Assembly (NCBI GenBank): GCA_051313645.2
Contig: JBNRSN020000028.1
Location: forward strand, 15,066,001-15,130,000
Reading direction: 5' to 3'
Origin: Centroscyllium fabricii
Lineage: Eukaryota
DNA: 64,000 nucleotides
Below are positions 35,201 through 48,200 of the stretch, piece after piece; within the stretch, counting starts at the first letter, position 1, and every line of letters begins with the position of its first letter. The position numbers were made by a program, and so were the translations under genes. The notes beneath the pieces are model-generated. The model saw nothing but the letters and a program-made list of their open reading frames with translations. It ran no database searches and was not told the origin of the DNA.

Positions 35201-37430
35201 TTACCCCTACTCACTGTCTCCTGCCCCTCAGCCCATTAGAGAACCTGCCCATTACCCTTACTCTATGTCTCCGGCCGCTCAGCCCATTAGAGAACCTGCC
35301 CATTAACCCTACTCACTGTCTCCTGCCCCTCAGCCAATTAGAGAACCTGCCCATTACCCCTACACACTGTCTCCTGCCCCTCAGCCCATTAGAGAACCTG
35401 CCCATTACCCCTACTCTCTGTCTCCTGCCCCTCAGCCCATTAGAGAACCTGCCCATTACCCCTACTCTCTGTCACCTGCCGCTCAGCCCATTAGAGAACC
35501 TGCCCATTACCCCTACTCCCTGTCTCCTGGCCCTCAGCCCATTAGGGAACCTACCCATTACCCCTACTCTCTCTCTCCTGCCCCTCAGCCCATTAGAGAA
35601 CCTGCCCATTACCCCTACTTTCTCTCTCCTGCCGCTCAGCCCATTAGAGAACCTGCCCATTACCCCTACTCCCTGTCTCCTGCCCCTCAGCCCATTAGAG
35701 AACCTGCCCATTACCCCTACTCTATGTCTCCCGTCCCTGAGCCCATTAGAGAACCTGCCCGTTACCCCTACTCACTGTCTCTTGCCCCTCAGCCCATTAG
35801 AGAACCTGCCCATTACCCCCACTCTCTGTCTCCTGCCCCTCAGCCCATTTCCTCACCAATCAATGATTTCCTTCACTTGAACGAGCTTCAACTTTAGCTG
35901 ACATTCTCTTGTAAGAGTCGTTATCAAATGCCTGCCGGAAGTCCGTAAAATAACATCCATAGACAACTCCGTTTCCAGTACTTCGTCACCTCTTCAAAAT
36001 ATTCAATCAAATTCGTCAGGCTCTCTCTGACCAACTGAAAACGTTCAAGGTGTTCAGTCACCTACCCTTAATTATAGACTCTAGCAATTTCCCCAAAACA
36101 GAAGTTTGGTTAACTGGTCTATAATTACGTGGTTTTCCTCTCTCGCCTTTCTGAAATAGCAGTGACATGCGTAATTTTCCAATCTAGAAAACTGTTCCCG
36201 AATCGAGAGAACTTTGGAAGGTTATAGTTAGGACACCTGCAATGTTCTCACTTGCATCCTCTGAAACCCTGGCTTGGAAACCATCCGGTCCTGGGGATTT
36301 GTCACTCCTCAGTGCCATTGTTTGCTTCATTATTGTTATTTTTCTTATGTTAATTTTGGTAATTCCCCATCCCTGTGTCAATATTAGTTTCCTTGGAATG
36401 CCTGGATGCGATTCTCTTCCTCCACTGTAAATACTGACGCCAACTAATTATTCGACAAGTCCGCCTTTCCGTATTTTCATTGAGAACGTCGGTTTTCAGG
36501 GGACCCGCATTGCTCATAACCAACTTCATTTTCCTAATATAATAGTTAAAAAAGTGTTTATTTTTCTCGCCCTTGCAAGTTACTTTTCATACTCTAATTC
36601 TGAAGCTCTTACTATGTTTTTTACTTGTGTTGTTCTTTTTACATCTCCCAGGATCAGGGTTAGTTTTTGTATATTTGTAAGCTTTATCTTCTAGTTTTAT
36701 GTTGTCCCTTACCTCTTTAGTTGTGATTGGCTGTTTCTTGGCAATTAGTGGCCTTGCCCATTAGGGGTATAATCTGATTCAGTATCACACTAAATTCCTT
36801 TTTGAACATCTCCCACTGATATTCTGTCGTTTCGCCCATGTTTTGTCCAGTTTACTGTGGACTCCCCCTGCCCCATTCCATTGAAGTCAGCCTTACCTAA
36901 TTATATCATCTTAGCAGCTGCTTCGCGTTTTTGCATTGAAACATTAGGATGAACTCGATCATATTATGATTGCTATGTGATAAATGTTACGCATAGTTGT
37001 GCTGCTAACTAAATCTGGCTCATTACCCATTGCGAAATATAATATGACCTGCCCCCTTTTTGATTCTAGGACATATTATTGCAGGAAACTATCCTGAACC
37101 AACAAAATCAATTCGCTTCTTACTGACATGAGTTACTCTTCTTATCCCAATCTGCATGATAGTTAAATTCCCCCATTAAAATCATTCTGCCTTTTCCACA
37201 CGCTTGTCTAATCTCTGCATTTATACATTCTACTACTTCACAACTGCTACCAGAGGGCCTATAGATAACTCCAACTGCAGTATTAAACCTTTTCCTATTT
37301 TAATTCTACCCACAAAGTCTCCATTGCCTGCTCCCCTCTCGGTATATCCCCTCTTACCATTCAAGTGAATTCATCCCAACTCACTAAGGCTGCTCCTCCC
37401 CTTCCACCATTTTCCCTAACCTCTACCTTG
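29270..37430 (-). mobile_element. Old CR1 LINE split by the 51-bp minisatellite (LINE parts ~29270-29985 and ~35850-37430)
   Basis: Minus-strand ORF fragments ISNFAGNTKIG...MKFNVGKCEVIHF (29629-29943) and KSPGPDG...TITFQSSLDSGTV (36184-36381) are collinear RT pieces either side of the array. Confidence 0.88.
29985..35850. repeat. 51-bp minisatellite, about 115 copies
   Basis: Unit TTAGAGAACCTGCCCATTACCCCTACTCTCTGTCTCCTGCCCCTCAGCCCA; 17-codon periodicity in the ORF track. Confidence 0.99.
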
Positions 37431-37700
37431 ACTCCTTTAATATACTGAGTGACATTCTGAGTGATGCCGTCAGAGGACGTAGGAGGAAGTAGAGAATCTA
37501 CATCTGAAGAGTCGTCACTCCTGTTGAAATGCTGTTACCCAATTAATGCATTCGGTAGCTTTACCAGAACCAGAATTGGAAGAGTCACTCCCCCACCCTC
37601 TGTTATACCTTCCAGTCGAACAGTTTCTTACTTTACTCCGTACAACAGATTGCAACAGGAAATAGAACTGTTCCTCCAAGAGGTTGTTGGTGCAGATACC

Positions 37701-38143
37701 ATGTCGTACCGTCACCTCGTTATATTGTGGCTGGTTGTCGGTAGGTATAGCGATGCCTTATGTCTGTTTGCACTAATATGATGTTAATACACTTTCTATC
37801 TCTGTATTGTATTCAATCCTCAGTTAACTTTTATTTCAGGGGAGATTCGGGCAGATTCAGTGTCACAACCTCAGACCACGCTCTCGGTCACTGAAGGAGC
37901 GGTTGTGAAAATACACTGTAGCTACACAACAGGGTACAGTGACCCCGATCTCTACTGGTTCCAGCAGTACACGAACCAGGCTCCGCGATTTATTTTATAC
38001 CGGGATAACAGCAGGAAATATGATGCCGATTTTGCCACGGGACGGTTCGAGGCCGACCAGGCCAACGCAGAAAAGCAGTTTCCTTTAACCATCACTGGAG
38101 CGGAAATCCAGGACACCGCAGTATATTTCTGCGGGTTGAGTAT
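37701..38143 (+). CDS. Apparently functional TCR alpha/delta V segment (leader 37701-37740, V exon 37840-38143)
   Basis: Leader MSYRHLVILWLVV + GTAGGT; acceptor TTTCAG; open exon GEIRADSVSQPQTTLSVTEGAVVKIHCSYTTGYSDPDLYWFQQ...QDTAVYFCGLS. Confidence 0.95.
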
Positions 38144-38182
38144 CACAGTGTTTTAAATCTCATCTGTCTCTGTACAAAAACC
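38144..38182 (+). other. Consensus 23-RSS
   Basis: CACAGTG - 23 nt - ACAAAAACC. Confidence 0.97.
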
Positions 38183-38247
38183 TCAGCAAACTAACAGTGT
38201 CGCAGACGGTGCCTGCAGTTCAAGGGACCAAACCCTTGTTAAAAAGT

Positions 38248-38620
38248 GTCAGCCGCGGCTCAGTCGGTCTCCCTGTCGCATCTGAGTCAGAAGGCTCTGG
38301 TCCAAGTCCCATCCTAGAGACTCTAGGCTGAAAATCCCAGCGCAGTACTTCCGGATGAGGCCTTAGACTGAGGACCCATCCGCCCTCTCAGGTGTATGTT
38401 CAAGATTCTACGGTAGTATTTTGAAAAATAGCTGTGGGCAGTACCCCGGTATCCCGAGGCCAATATTTATCCCTGAACTGACATTACTGAAAACAAATTA
38501 TCACGTTGTTATTTGTGGAAGCTTGCTGTGCGCATATTGGCGACATTACAACAGTTGTCCACATTACAACAGCGACTACACTTAAAAATGACTTCAGTGG
38601 CATTTTAGGAACGTTGCGAC
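38248..38620 (+). mobile_element. tRNA-headed Deu-domain SINE (SacSINE1-like)
   Basis: TCAGCCGCGGCTCAGTCGGT head and CCCTCTCAGGTG...GGCCAATATTTATCCCT core; paralogs at 52800-53100 and 60480-60870. Confidence 0.7.
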
Positions 38621-39389
38621 AGGATTAATGGACCTTTCCTATCTATCATTGTTCGTATATACAGCACATGATTATCGTAACTACTGGGGCGGTCTCACTT
38701 CCAGACTCGCACAGAGTTATTTATTGGAGTGGGCATGGGGGATTCTGCATCTTTCCCGGGAGAGGTTTGAAGACTCTTTGCAAAAATCCCAGCACACGAC
38801 TTGAGCCCAGACCTTTAAAGGGTCTCTACTGCTGAGCATACAACATAGCGCTGAACCCAAGGCAGCTCGCCTTCTCAGGTAACTCCCTTTAGCTTCATTA
38901 CGCTGCTCAATCCCTCACCTCCATCTCCTCTTTACTCACATCCTGCAAAACAAGGCTTCCGATGACCTAGAGTTTTGGGCGCGAAAAAACGGAAACCGTA
39001 GGATGTAATTTGCATCGATAATAAAATCCACGATGAAATGTGTGAGGCCAACAGAGTTACTCTTGCGGTTGTTAACCCTGAGCAGCGGTTTCTATCTATT
39101 GCAAGGGCAATATGGCAGCAAAAACCTCGGTGGTATAAGTTATTATAACTTTTCTGTAACCCTTTTTGTGCTCGGTGTGTGTGAGAATGGGAGAAGGGGC
39201 GTTTTAAAGCGGCGATAAGAGTAGAAAAAGATAGAGTGGATTGCAATCCTGGAAATATTACATTAAATCAGCAAGTGAGTGAAATATAACACAAGACAGT
39301 CAACCTCTGAATGTGAAGGACATGCCAACGCTTTCCTGAGAGATCGTGGCTGCCAAGAGTTAAGAAAAAACTTTGGATCTATTTTTATT

Positions 39390-41690
39390 TATTCTGGGGA
39401 TATGGGCGCCGCTGGCATGGCGGCATCTATTGCCCATTCCTAATGGCCCTTGAGAAACTGCTGGTGAGCCGACTTCTGAACTGCTGTAGTCCGTATGTTG
39501 AAAGTATTCCTACAGTGCTGTGAGAGAGGGAGGTCCAGGACTTTGACCTAACGATGAAAAATTAGCAGAGTTATACTTTCAGGTCAGGATGGAGTGGGAC
39601 TTGGAGGCGGTAGTGTTCCCATGGTCCTGCTGCCCTTCACCTTCGAGGTGGCAGAGGTTGTGGGTTTGGGAGGTGCTGCCGAAGAAGCCTTGGCGAGTTG
39701 CTGCAGTGCATCCTGTAGATGGTACACACTGCTGCCACAGTGCGCCGGTGGTGGAGGGAGTGAAGGTTTAAGGTGGTGGATCAGGTACCGTTTTGTGATG
39801 AATGGTCTCGAGATTGTTGAGTGTTGTTGGAGCTGCACTCATCCAGGCAGGTGGAGTATATTCCATCACACTCCTGACTTGTGCCTTGTAGATGGTCGAA
39901 AGTCTTTGGGGAGTCAGGAGCTGAGTCACCTGCCGCAGATTACCCAGCCTCTGATCTGCTCTTGTAGCCACTGTATTTTTGTGGCTGCTCCAGTTATGTC
40001 TCTGGTCAACGCTGACCCCCAGGATCCTGATGGTGGGCGATGCGACGATGGTAATGCCAGTTAATGTGAAGTGAAGGTAGTTCGACTCACTCTTGTTGGA
40101 GATGGTCATTGCCTGGCACTGTGTGGCGCGAAAGTTACTTTCCACTTCTCAGCCCAAGCCTGAATGTTGTCCAGGTCATGCTTCCTGCGGGCACAGACTG
40201 CTGAGGAGTTGAGATGGCACTGAAAACTGTGCAATCATCAGCGAACATCCCCACTTCAGACCTCATGTTGGAGGGAAGGTGATTGATGAAGCAGCTGAGG
40301 ATGGTTGGGCCGAGGACACTGCCCTGAGGAACTCCTGCAGCGACGTCCTGGCGCTGAGGTGTCTGGCCTCCAACAACCAGAACCATCTTTCTGTGTGTTA
40401 GGTACAACTCCAACCAGTGGAGCGTTTTCCCCCTGATTCCCATTGACTGCAATTTTACTCGGGTTCCCTGATGCCACACTCGGTGAATTGGTGCCTTCAT
40501 CTCAATGACAGCCACCCTCACCTCTCCTATGGAATTCAACTCGTTTGCCCATGTTTGAACCAAGGCTGTAATGAGGACTGTAGCCGAGTAGTCCTGGCGG
40601 AACCCAAACTGATCGTCGGTGTGCAGGTTACTGGTGGGTAAGTGCTGCTTGAAATAATGTAGACGACACCTTCCATCACTTTGCTGATGATTGAAAGTCG
40701 ACTGATGGGATTATAATTTGCCGACATGCATTCGTCGTACATTTTCTGGAGAGGACATACCTGGGAATTTCAATTTTTTCTGGTAGATGCCAGTGTTTTA
40801 GTTATACTGGAACAAAGTGTCTAGAAGCTTAGCTAGTTCTGAAGCACAGGTCTTCAGCACGACAGTCGGGATGTTGTCGGGATCGTAAGCTTTTCTGTAT
40901 CCAGTATGCTCAGTCATCTCTAGATACCACGCAGAGTGAATCAATTTGCTGCAGAATGACTTCTGTGATGGTGGGAACCACAGGAGGAAGCCGATATGGA
41001 TCATCCACTCAGCACTTCAGTCTGATGATGGTTGCAATCGCTTCAGCCTTGTATTTTGCACTCATCTGCTGAACTCGGCCGTCATTGAGGATAGGAATGT
41101 TCATGGCGCCACCTCCTCCCGTTATTTGTTCAAATGTCCACCACAGTTCACGACTGAAAGTGGCAGGACTGCAGAGCTTTGAACTGATGCGTTGGTTATG
41201 GGATCCTATAGCTCTGTCTATTTCATGCTCCTTCCGCTTTTAGCATGCATGTAGTTCTGTGTTGTATCTTCCCCAGGTTGGCTGCTCCTGAAATGCGCTT
41301 CTACTCCCCTCATTGAACCAGGGTTGGTCCCCTGGCTTGATGGCAATGATAAGTGAGGAATATGCCGGGCTATGAGGTTGCAGATTGTGGTGGAATATAA
41401 TTTTGCTGCTGCTGCTGGCCCACAGCGCCTCATTGATGCCCAGTTCTGAGTTGCTAGATCTGTTCTGAATCTATCCCATTCCGAACAGTGGTATTGCCAA
41501 ACAACACGATGGAGCGTGTCCTCGGTGTGAAGATGGGATTTCGTAGCCGCAAGGTCTGTGCGGTAGTCCCTGCTATCAATATTGTCATGGACAGATGCAT
41601 CTGCGACGTGTAGGTTTGTGAAAATTAGGCCAGGTTTTTCCCTCGTGTTGCTTCTCTCACCACGTGGCACAGGGCCATTGGAGCAGCTAT
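39390..41690 (-). mobile_element. Degenerate LINE of a second CR1/L2-group family
   Basis: Minus-strand fragments YNPISRLSIISKVME, GVPQGSVLGP, FADD, IYKAQVRSVMEY; same family as 51060-51900. Confidence 0.92.
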
Positions 41691-41692
41691 TT

Positions 41693-42150
41693 CATAGAAT
41701 CATATAAAGTTCCGGAAGGGAAGGAGGCCATTCGGCCCATGGTGTCTGCGCCGGTTTCTCCAGCATAATCTCACTTTGCAGCTCCCGGTACATAGCCTCA
41801 CAAGTTACTGCACTCCAAGAACATGTCGGAGGACTTGTTAAATGTGATGATTGTATTTGTCTCTACCATCCTTTCAGCCAGTGGGTTCCAGACCCCCACC
41901 GCACGCAGGGTGAAAAAGATTCGCTCCAACTACCCTCTAATCTTTCTATCAATTAATTTCAATCTATGCCTCCTGGTTATTGGCCTCTCTGCTGTGGGAA
42001 AACCCACCCTATTTAGGCCCTTCACAATTTTATGCACATCAATTAATTCTCCGCTCAGCCTCTTCCGTTCCAAGGAAAAGATCCCCTGTCTATTCAATAT
42101 TTCTTCGTTGCTAAATTACTCCATTCCTGACAGTAACCTCGGAAAGTTCC
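41693..42150 (-). mobile_element. CR1 3' fragment
   Basis: CATAGAATCAT tail, GGAGGCCATTCGGCCC and decayed C-terminal coding sequence on the minus strand. Confidence 0.7.
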
Positions 42151-42164
42151 TCTGCACTCATGAC

Positions 42165-43125
42165 TCGGCCAGTTTAGTCAGTAGTGATGCTACCGAGCCC
42201 CTCTTTGGGATGGACATTGAAGTACATTCTGTGCTTTTGCTACCCTCAATGCTTCTTCAGAGGAAATGGCAGCATAGTGGTAATGTCAATGGGCTAGTAA
42301 TCCAAAGGCTTGGATTTATGAGTTCATGAGATTGAGTTCAAATCTCACCACGGCAGCTGGGGAATTCAAGTTGCTAATTAAATACAAGCTGGAATAAAAA
42401 TGTAGTATCATTAATGGTAATCATGGAACTATCGGATTGTCGTAAAAGTGAACACTGCAAAGTCCTCATCATTGAATCTGGACACCATTAAGTCTCATGG
42501 CTTAAGGTCAAGCATGGGCAAGGAAACCTGCTGAATACCAGCTGCCGCCCTCCCTCAGCTGATGAATCAGTACAACCTCCATGTTGAAGACCACTTGGAA
42601 GGAGCATTGAGAGGAGCAAGATTACAGAATGTACTCTGGGGGGGGGGGGGACGACTTCAATGTCCATCGCCAAGAGTGACGTGGTAGTATCACTACTGGC
42701 TGTCCCTGAAGGACATAACTGCCACGAGGGAAAAACCTACTTGCCCTGGACTTCACCCGTGTCAGGTGCAGTATTGGTCGCAGTGTCCACTGAACAGATC
42801 TAGCAGCTCAAAACTGGGCATCCAAGAGGCGTTTTGGCCCATCAGCAGCACCACAATCTGTACCCTCATGGCCATGGTAAATCTCTCACTCTACCATTAC
42901 CACCATGCTCGGGGACCAACCCTGGTTCAATAAGGAGTGCAGGGTGCCAGGAGCAGCACCAGGCGTACCTACAAATGAGGTACCGTGGCTGCAGTGGGTA
43001 CCATTTACAAGATGCACTGCAGCAACTCGCCAAGGGTTCTTCGACAGCGTCTCCCAAACCCGCGCCCTCAACCACCTAGAAGGACAAGGGCCGCAGGCGC
43101 CGGGAACACCACCACCTCCAAGATA
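42165..43125. mobile_element. Rearranged LINE fragments with a nested tRNA-headed SINE piece (~42265-42450)
   Basis: Pieces match the 39.4-41.7 kb family in both orientations (e.g. 42990-43120 is the reverse complement of ~39600-39725). Confidence 0.7.
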
Positions 43126-43945
43126 CACTGTCAAAACTAAGCCACGCTCCAGAAACTTCTTTCAGTCTCTTCCAGTGTAATTACATTTAAATGTTTTTAA
43201 GAAGCCTCTAAAAGCTCATTTAAAAACGTGTATTTGTTTGTGAAGCGATACCATAAGTTAGCAATCCTTTCAGACGCACTCAAAGGGATTCCAATGTTGT
43301 CCTGCCGGGGCGACTAACACATTCGAACAGATAATAAGCAGGTTTTAAGAGAACACTGAATGAAATGATCTTGACGATGTGTATGTGTCACAGCAATGCT
43401 CAATGTGAATTAAAGTTCGCGGCTACAACTAAAGTGCAGTGATTTGTCAGCAGGTCTTTGTCACAATCATCCTCACTGTACAACTTTTGTTAGATTTTAG
43501 AAAAAAAACATTCCTAACTTTGCTTTATTTTTTTCATACAAACTCACAATTTATAAGTCCCTAGATATACAACTTTAGTTTTGACACTCAGCAAAGCTCT
43601 AACAATGTTTCATAACGCCAACAAGTAATGTTGTTAAACTTCAGAAAGATTCCCAGCCAGTACTGACATTACTTTTTAAATCCAGATTTATTTAACTGAA
43701 ATTGAATATTCTAGCTGCCAGTGTTGGGATCTGAATTCACAGATTATCATAAAACATTCATTTAAGGTTCTGGGCTATTGGTGTCGTAACATAAATGCTC
43801 CACTACCATCCCCGATTAGTTTAATTGGTACCGAATCATCTCACTCGGTAGGTATAGGTATAGGTATAGGTAATGCTGAGGAAATAGCCACATTCACAGT
43901 TTTAATATCAAAAAGAAATTGTTGCACATTTCAAACTGTATAATG

Positions 43946-44780
43946 GGCCCTGTTTTCCTGTGCTCCAGAGGAGCTGCACCCCCACGAAGGGGGGTCAGAA
44001 ATGCCTCGTGGGGGTGCAGCACGGGGGATGCCCACGAACGGGAATTTCCTGCGCTGATGGGCAAGGCCCTTCAGCTCCCAACGCAGGAAGACCTTGCACT
44101 GACGATTTCCTGTCAGAATGGGTGATTTTTAGAGAGTAATTCCGTGTGCAACTGGCTCACAATTTGCCCACGAAAAAAACAGGAGTAAGAGGGTGAAGAT
44201 TTAGTTTTTGAAGCAGGTAAGTTAATTTTTTAACTTTAATTTAAAGTTTTTAAAGTTTTGGGGAGTAGTGTGGCCAGATCGGTAGCGTTAAATTTTTAAG
44301 TTAAAGTTTTTTTTTTAAATTACAAATACGATTTTAAGTTAATTTACCTGTTTCAAATCGCTAATTTTTAAAGTTACATTTCTGAAATTTTTAACTCTCT
44401 AGCTAATTTAAAATTTTAAAAAATCTAGGAGGAAAAAATCGCTGACTTACCTTCCGTTTCTTCCTCTGAGAAGCTGCTGTGCCCCCGCGCTGCTCCCCGC
44501 GAGTCTGTTGTGCAGCTCCACACTTCCCTGCTCTCACTAAGGTCCGACTCGGGATCTCGTCATTTAAATTAGGGATCTGGGGGGCGTTTTTTATTTAAAT
44601 TAGGGATCTGTGGGGGCGTGGCTGGACACGCACCAACAAAAGCCAGACCCGTACGCAGCACCCGAAGACGTTTTTTTAAACAGGAAATTGACGTTCTGTT
44701 TTCTGAAAAAAGTTGGTGCGTGCGATTAGGCATCCCCAGGGTCCTAGCACACGCACTAACATGTTCACAGGAAAACATGA
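43946..44780. mobile_element. Putative MITE / non-autonomous DNA element
   Basis: Inverted ends TGTTTTCCTGTG (~43951) and CACAGGAAAACA (~44767); internal hairpin TGCACCCCCACGA...TCGTGGGGGTGCA; AT-rich centre. Confidence 0.5.
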
Positions 44781-44900
44781 TTTCGCTGAAAGTTGCGAAG
44801 AAAGGAACTTTTCACGTAAACAGCCACGTTGCAACTACCGGAATGTTCTCTCTCTGGTTCATTGACGGGGCAATGGTTTGTGCTCATTCAACAGGAACAC

Positions 44901-44984
44901 ACCACGATGGCCCAGTAGTTAAGGCGTTGGACTTAAAATGCAAGGGACCAAATGTTCACGTAGGTTCCAGCTCTGCTCCTGATA
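44901..44984 (+). pseudogene. tRNA-Leu(TAA) pseudogene
   Basis: ACCACGATGGCCCAGTAGTTAAGGCGTTGGACTTAAAATGCAAGGGACCAAATGTTCACGTAGGTTCCAGCTCTGCTCCTGATA aligns end to end with vertebrate tRNA-Leu-TAA, with stem and B-box mismatches; TTTT follows. Confidence 0.75.
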
Positions 44985-45184
44985 ATCTGTTTTCCAGTGT
45001 TGTTTCTCTGTTATTGTCTAATGACGTCAAGGGATCTGGAGGCAAGGCGGGTAAATGAGGTTGATGGGCAGATCAGCAATGATCTTATTGATATGCGGGG
45101 CAAGCTCAAAGGGCGGAATAGCCTCCTCCCGTTCATATAGAAGAAGAATGTTTATTCAAAGTACAGGAATGGAGAGGGGCAGCT

Positions 45185-46252
45185 GGAGAAAGAGGCAGAG
45201 AGAGAGAGAGAGAAAAAGAGAGATAGAGAGAGAGAGAGAGAAATATATAGCGGGAGATCGATTGACAGACCGAGAAAGAATGATCCATTTCCTACAGTAA
45301 AATTATAGGCTTAGCACAGAAGGCCACAATCGTAGATCGGATTAGGAGTTTGTTAAGGCGGGTAAATTGAGTTAAGTTACAAATCAGCGCTGTTCGAATT
45401 GAATTCAGGTTCGAGGGCCTACTCATGTTCCGGATGTTTCTAAAGATGAATTTATCTTAAAAATATATAGACAGAGAGAGACAGAAGGAAAAAGTGGCCG
45501 TGGGAAAGAAACAGAGAGAGACAGACATCGCAGAAAAGAACATTAAAGGAGAAGGCTAGGCAGAGAGTAACAGAGTGAGACAAAGTGACAGACATGCAGG
45601 CAGAGAGGACCAGAGGGGGAGGAAGAAGCAGAGAGAAACAGGCCGAGAGAGAGAGAGAGAGAAATAGGCAGAGCGATATAAAGAGTGAGAGACAGACAAA
45701 GAGGAACAGACAGAGGGATAGGCAGAGAGGAACTCAGAGACAGACAGAGACAGAGAGGAACAGAGGGAGAGAGAGGCAGAGAGGAACTCAAAGACAGACA
45801 GACAGACAGACAGAGAGGAACAGAGGGACAGAGAAAGAGAGAGACAGACAGACAGCAGAGAGGATCAGACAAAGCGATAGGCAGAGAGGAACTCAGAGAG
45901 AGGCAGAAAGACAAGTAGAGAGGAACAGAGCAAGAGAGAGAGCGAGAGACAGATTGGGGAAAAGGTTACAGAGAGAGCAAGACAGGCAGGCAGGCAGAGA
46001 AGAACAGAGAGAGGGAAACTAGGCAGATAGGAACAGGGCGAGAGAGAGAGAGGCAGATTGGCAGAGAGCTACAGAGTTTGAGAGACAGACAGACAAAGTG
46101 GAAAACAAAGAAATAAAGAGAGACAGACAGACGGGTAGAGGGGAACAGAGAGGGAGAGATCCAGAAAGGCAGGAAGGCAGAGAGGAATCCAGAATGACAG
46201 ACCGACGGACAAACAGCGAGAGAGTGAGAGAGACAGAAGGAAAGACAGAGAA
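45185..46252. repeat. (GA)n/(GACA)n low-complexity purine tract
   Basis: Direct inspection. Confidence 0.9.
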
Positions 46253-46351
46253 ATAATTCTCAATTTCTTGCCATAAAAGGGTAGGTTCAGCACAGAAGGC
46301 CGCACCCGCAGATCAGTTGAGGAGTTTGAAAGATGCACTGCGTATTGATGT

Positions 46352-46932
46352 AATAAGATAAGATAAGATTCAATTTATTGTCATTGCAAAGTGAACATAC
46401 ACAAAACAACGAAATGCAAACATGCAATCTCCCAAATTATTAAATGTCCTTGGTCCCAGTCTGATCCTTTCCATCCCACCAGGCCACGCAGGCCCTGGCG
46501 CTGCAGCCACGATGCGCCCGGTGCCCGGCCACGCAGCTCCCCGAGGCCCGACGGCCACAGCTCCCCGAAGGCCCCGACTCTCCGAGGTCCGACGGCCACA
46601 GCTCCCCGAAGGCCCCGACTCTCCGAGGTCCGACGGCCACAGCTCCCCGAAGCCCCGAGTCCCCGAAGCCCCGACGGCCACAGCTCCCCGAGGCCCCGAC
46701 TCCCCGAAGCCCCGACGGCCACAGCTCCCCGAGGGCCCGACTCTCCGAGGCCCCGACGGCCACAGCTCCCGGCGACCACGACGGCTTGTTCAGCACCGGT
46801 GCCCCGATTGAGGAGCACCGGTGCTCCACTCCACCGACCCCGCCGTCCTCTCCAGGAACAGTGCGGGACCAGGGACACTAAAACTCGGGAGACGCAAAGC
46901 AGCTGCGTCTAGCGCGCCGCCATCCTGGACCT
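46352..46932 (-). mobile_element. Short non-coding retroelement with GC-rich internal tandem repeats
   Basis: Minus strand starts CCAGGATGGCGGCGCG, ends AATAAATTGAATCTTATCTTATCTTA; internal ~35-40-bp repeats (CGACGGCCACAGCTCCCCGA) at ~46545-46770; resembles Rex1/Babar-type ends. Confidence 0.55.
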
Positions 46933-47854
46933 CAATAATGAAGAGAATTATAATTAAAAAGATTAAATCCTGCCGTGCTTAACAAGACAATGGTGTAAAC
47001 TGGGCGGGCAAATGAACTCTTCCTATTTCTGTGTTGCATCTTTCTATCTCCTGATAGTGTAACAGCAACAACCAGTCAGTGACGGGGAGGTGACCCGGAG
47101 GGCCCGAGACTGCCCACTTTCAAGAACCGCACATTTCCCAGCTTCTAACCTCAATGTCTGAGAGACGCGCACCTGTTAACCGTTTTCTCTGTTCAGTTCC
47201 CCGTCTCCACACAGAGCAGTTAAACCAGCGGTTTCCGCAATGGGGCCGCTGACAGCTCCATGTCCGTCGACCCGTCAAACCCTTATTCAGTCACATTGAT
47301 TTCACACAATAGGACAGGATTTAAAAATAAACCTAGAAATCAGAAATTGATTTCGAGGATTAATAAATGCCCCCTCTGTCTGTCAGTCTCCATTCTCTGT
47401 CTCTCTGCCTCTGTCTATCTCTGTCTCTCTAGCGATCTGTAGCTCTCTCCTTCTCTCTCCGTTCCTCTGCGTCACTGTGTGTCTTTCTCTCTCTCTCTCT
47501 CTCCACCTGCCCCGTCAATCTTTGTCCCCGTTCTGTCTCTGTCTCTAAGTTTAACGGTATTTTACCCCTTTCTCTCTTTGTCTCTCTATCACTCTTTCTA
47601 TCTATATGTGTGTGTCTGTGTCTCTCTCTCTCTGCCGCGCTCTATTCTCACTACTTGAATGTCAAAAGATGCATTTCTTTAGTTCAGATTTCGGAATATT
47701 CGCAAATGTCATTTAACTTCAGTCAACCATTTTTTCCCTGTTGCAAACCCACAGCCGGAAACTGTGGGTATCTGATTCTGGTCCTGTCAGTGATGAAGTC
47801 TCACTGTCCACACATTGAGCTCCCATCCCGCAGGGTAGGTCACAATCCAGCCAT

Positions 47855-48200
47855 CGTTTCCTTACGAGGCCTGTATCAGTTTAAAGCTCTGTGATCTTCA
47901 GCACACAGTAATACATCGCACGGTGACCCCGCTGTGAACCCGCCAGGGTTAAACTGAAGAACCGATCCGATACTCGGAGGGTAGAAGAGAATCGGCCTCC
48001 CACACCCTCTGGGGTCTATTCTCCTCCCTCAGAATTCCCTCTGACTAAAAGCACCGGTGCCTCCCCCGTTCTCTGCCGATACCAGAGCCGATCATATCGG
48101 CGGCTGTCTGTGGAGCATGAACAGGGCAGCACCAGGCGCTCTTTCTCCACGCAGGGTACTGAAGCTGTCGGTTTCTTTACTGTATTCGAACAACACACTC
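47855..48200 (-). pseudogene. TCR V pseudogene, single in-frame stop, no leader found (V exon 48200-47894)
   Basis: GVCCSNTVKKPTASVPCVEKERLVLPCSCSTDSRRYDRLWYRQRTGEAPVLLVRGNSEGGE*TPEGVGGRFSSTLRVSDRFFSLTLAGSQRGHRAMYYCVLK; RSS CACAGAG-23-AAGGAAACG. Confidence 0.9.

Noticed and set aside
29964-35880. Long Pro/Leu-rich or RG-rich ORFs (up to 313 aa) resembling LRR, extensin or mucin proteins
   Set aside because: They result from a 51-bp (17-codon) unit lacking stops in several frames; the unit derives from CR1.
45543-46912. ORFs of 120-170 aa rich in Arg/Glu or Pro/Arg
   Set aside because: Low-complexity microsatellite and GC-rich tandem repeat translations.
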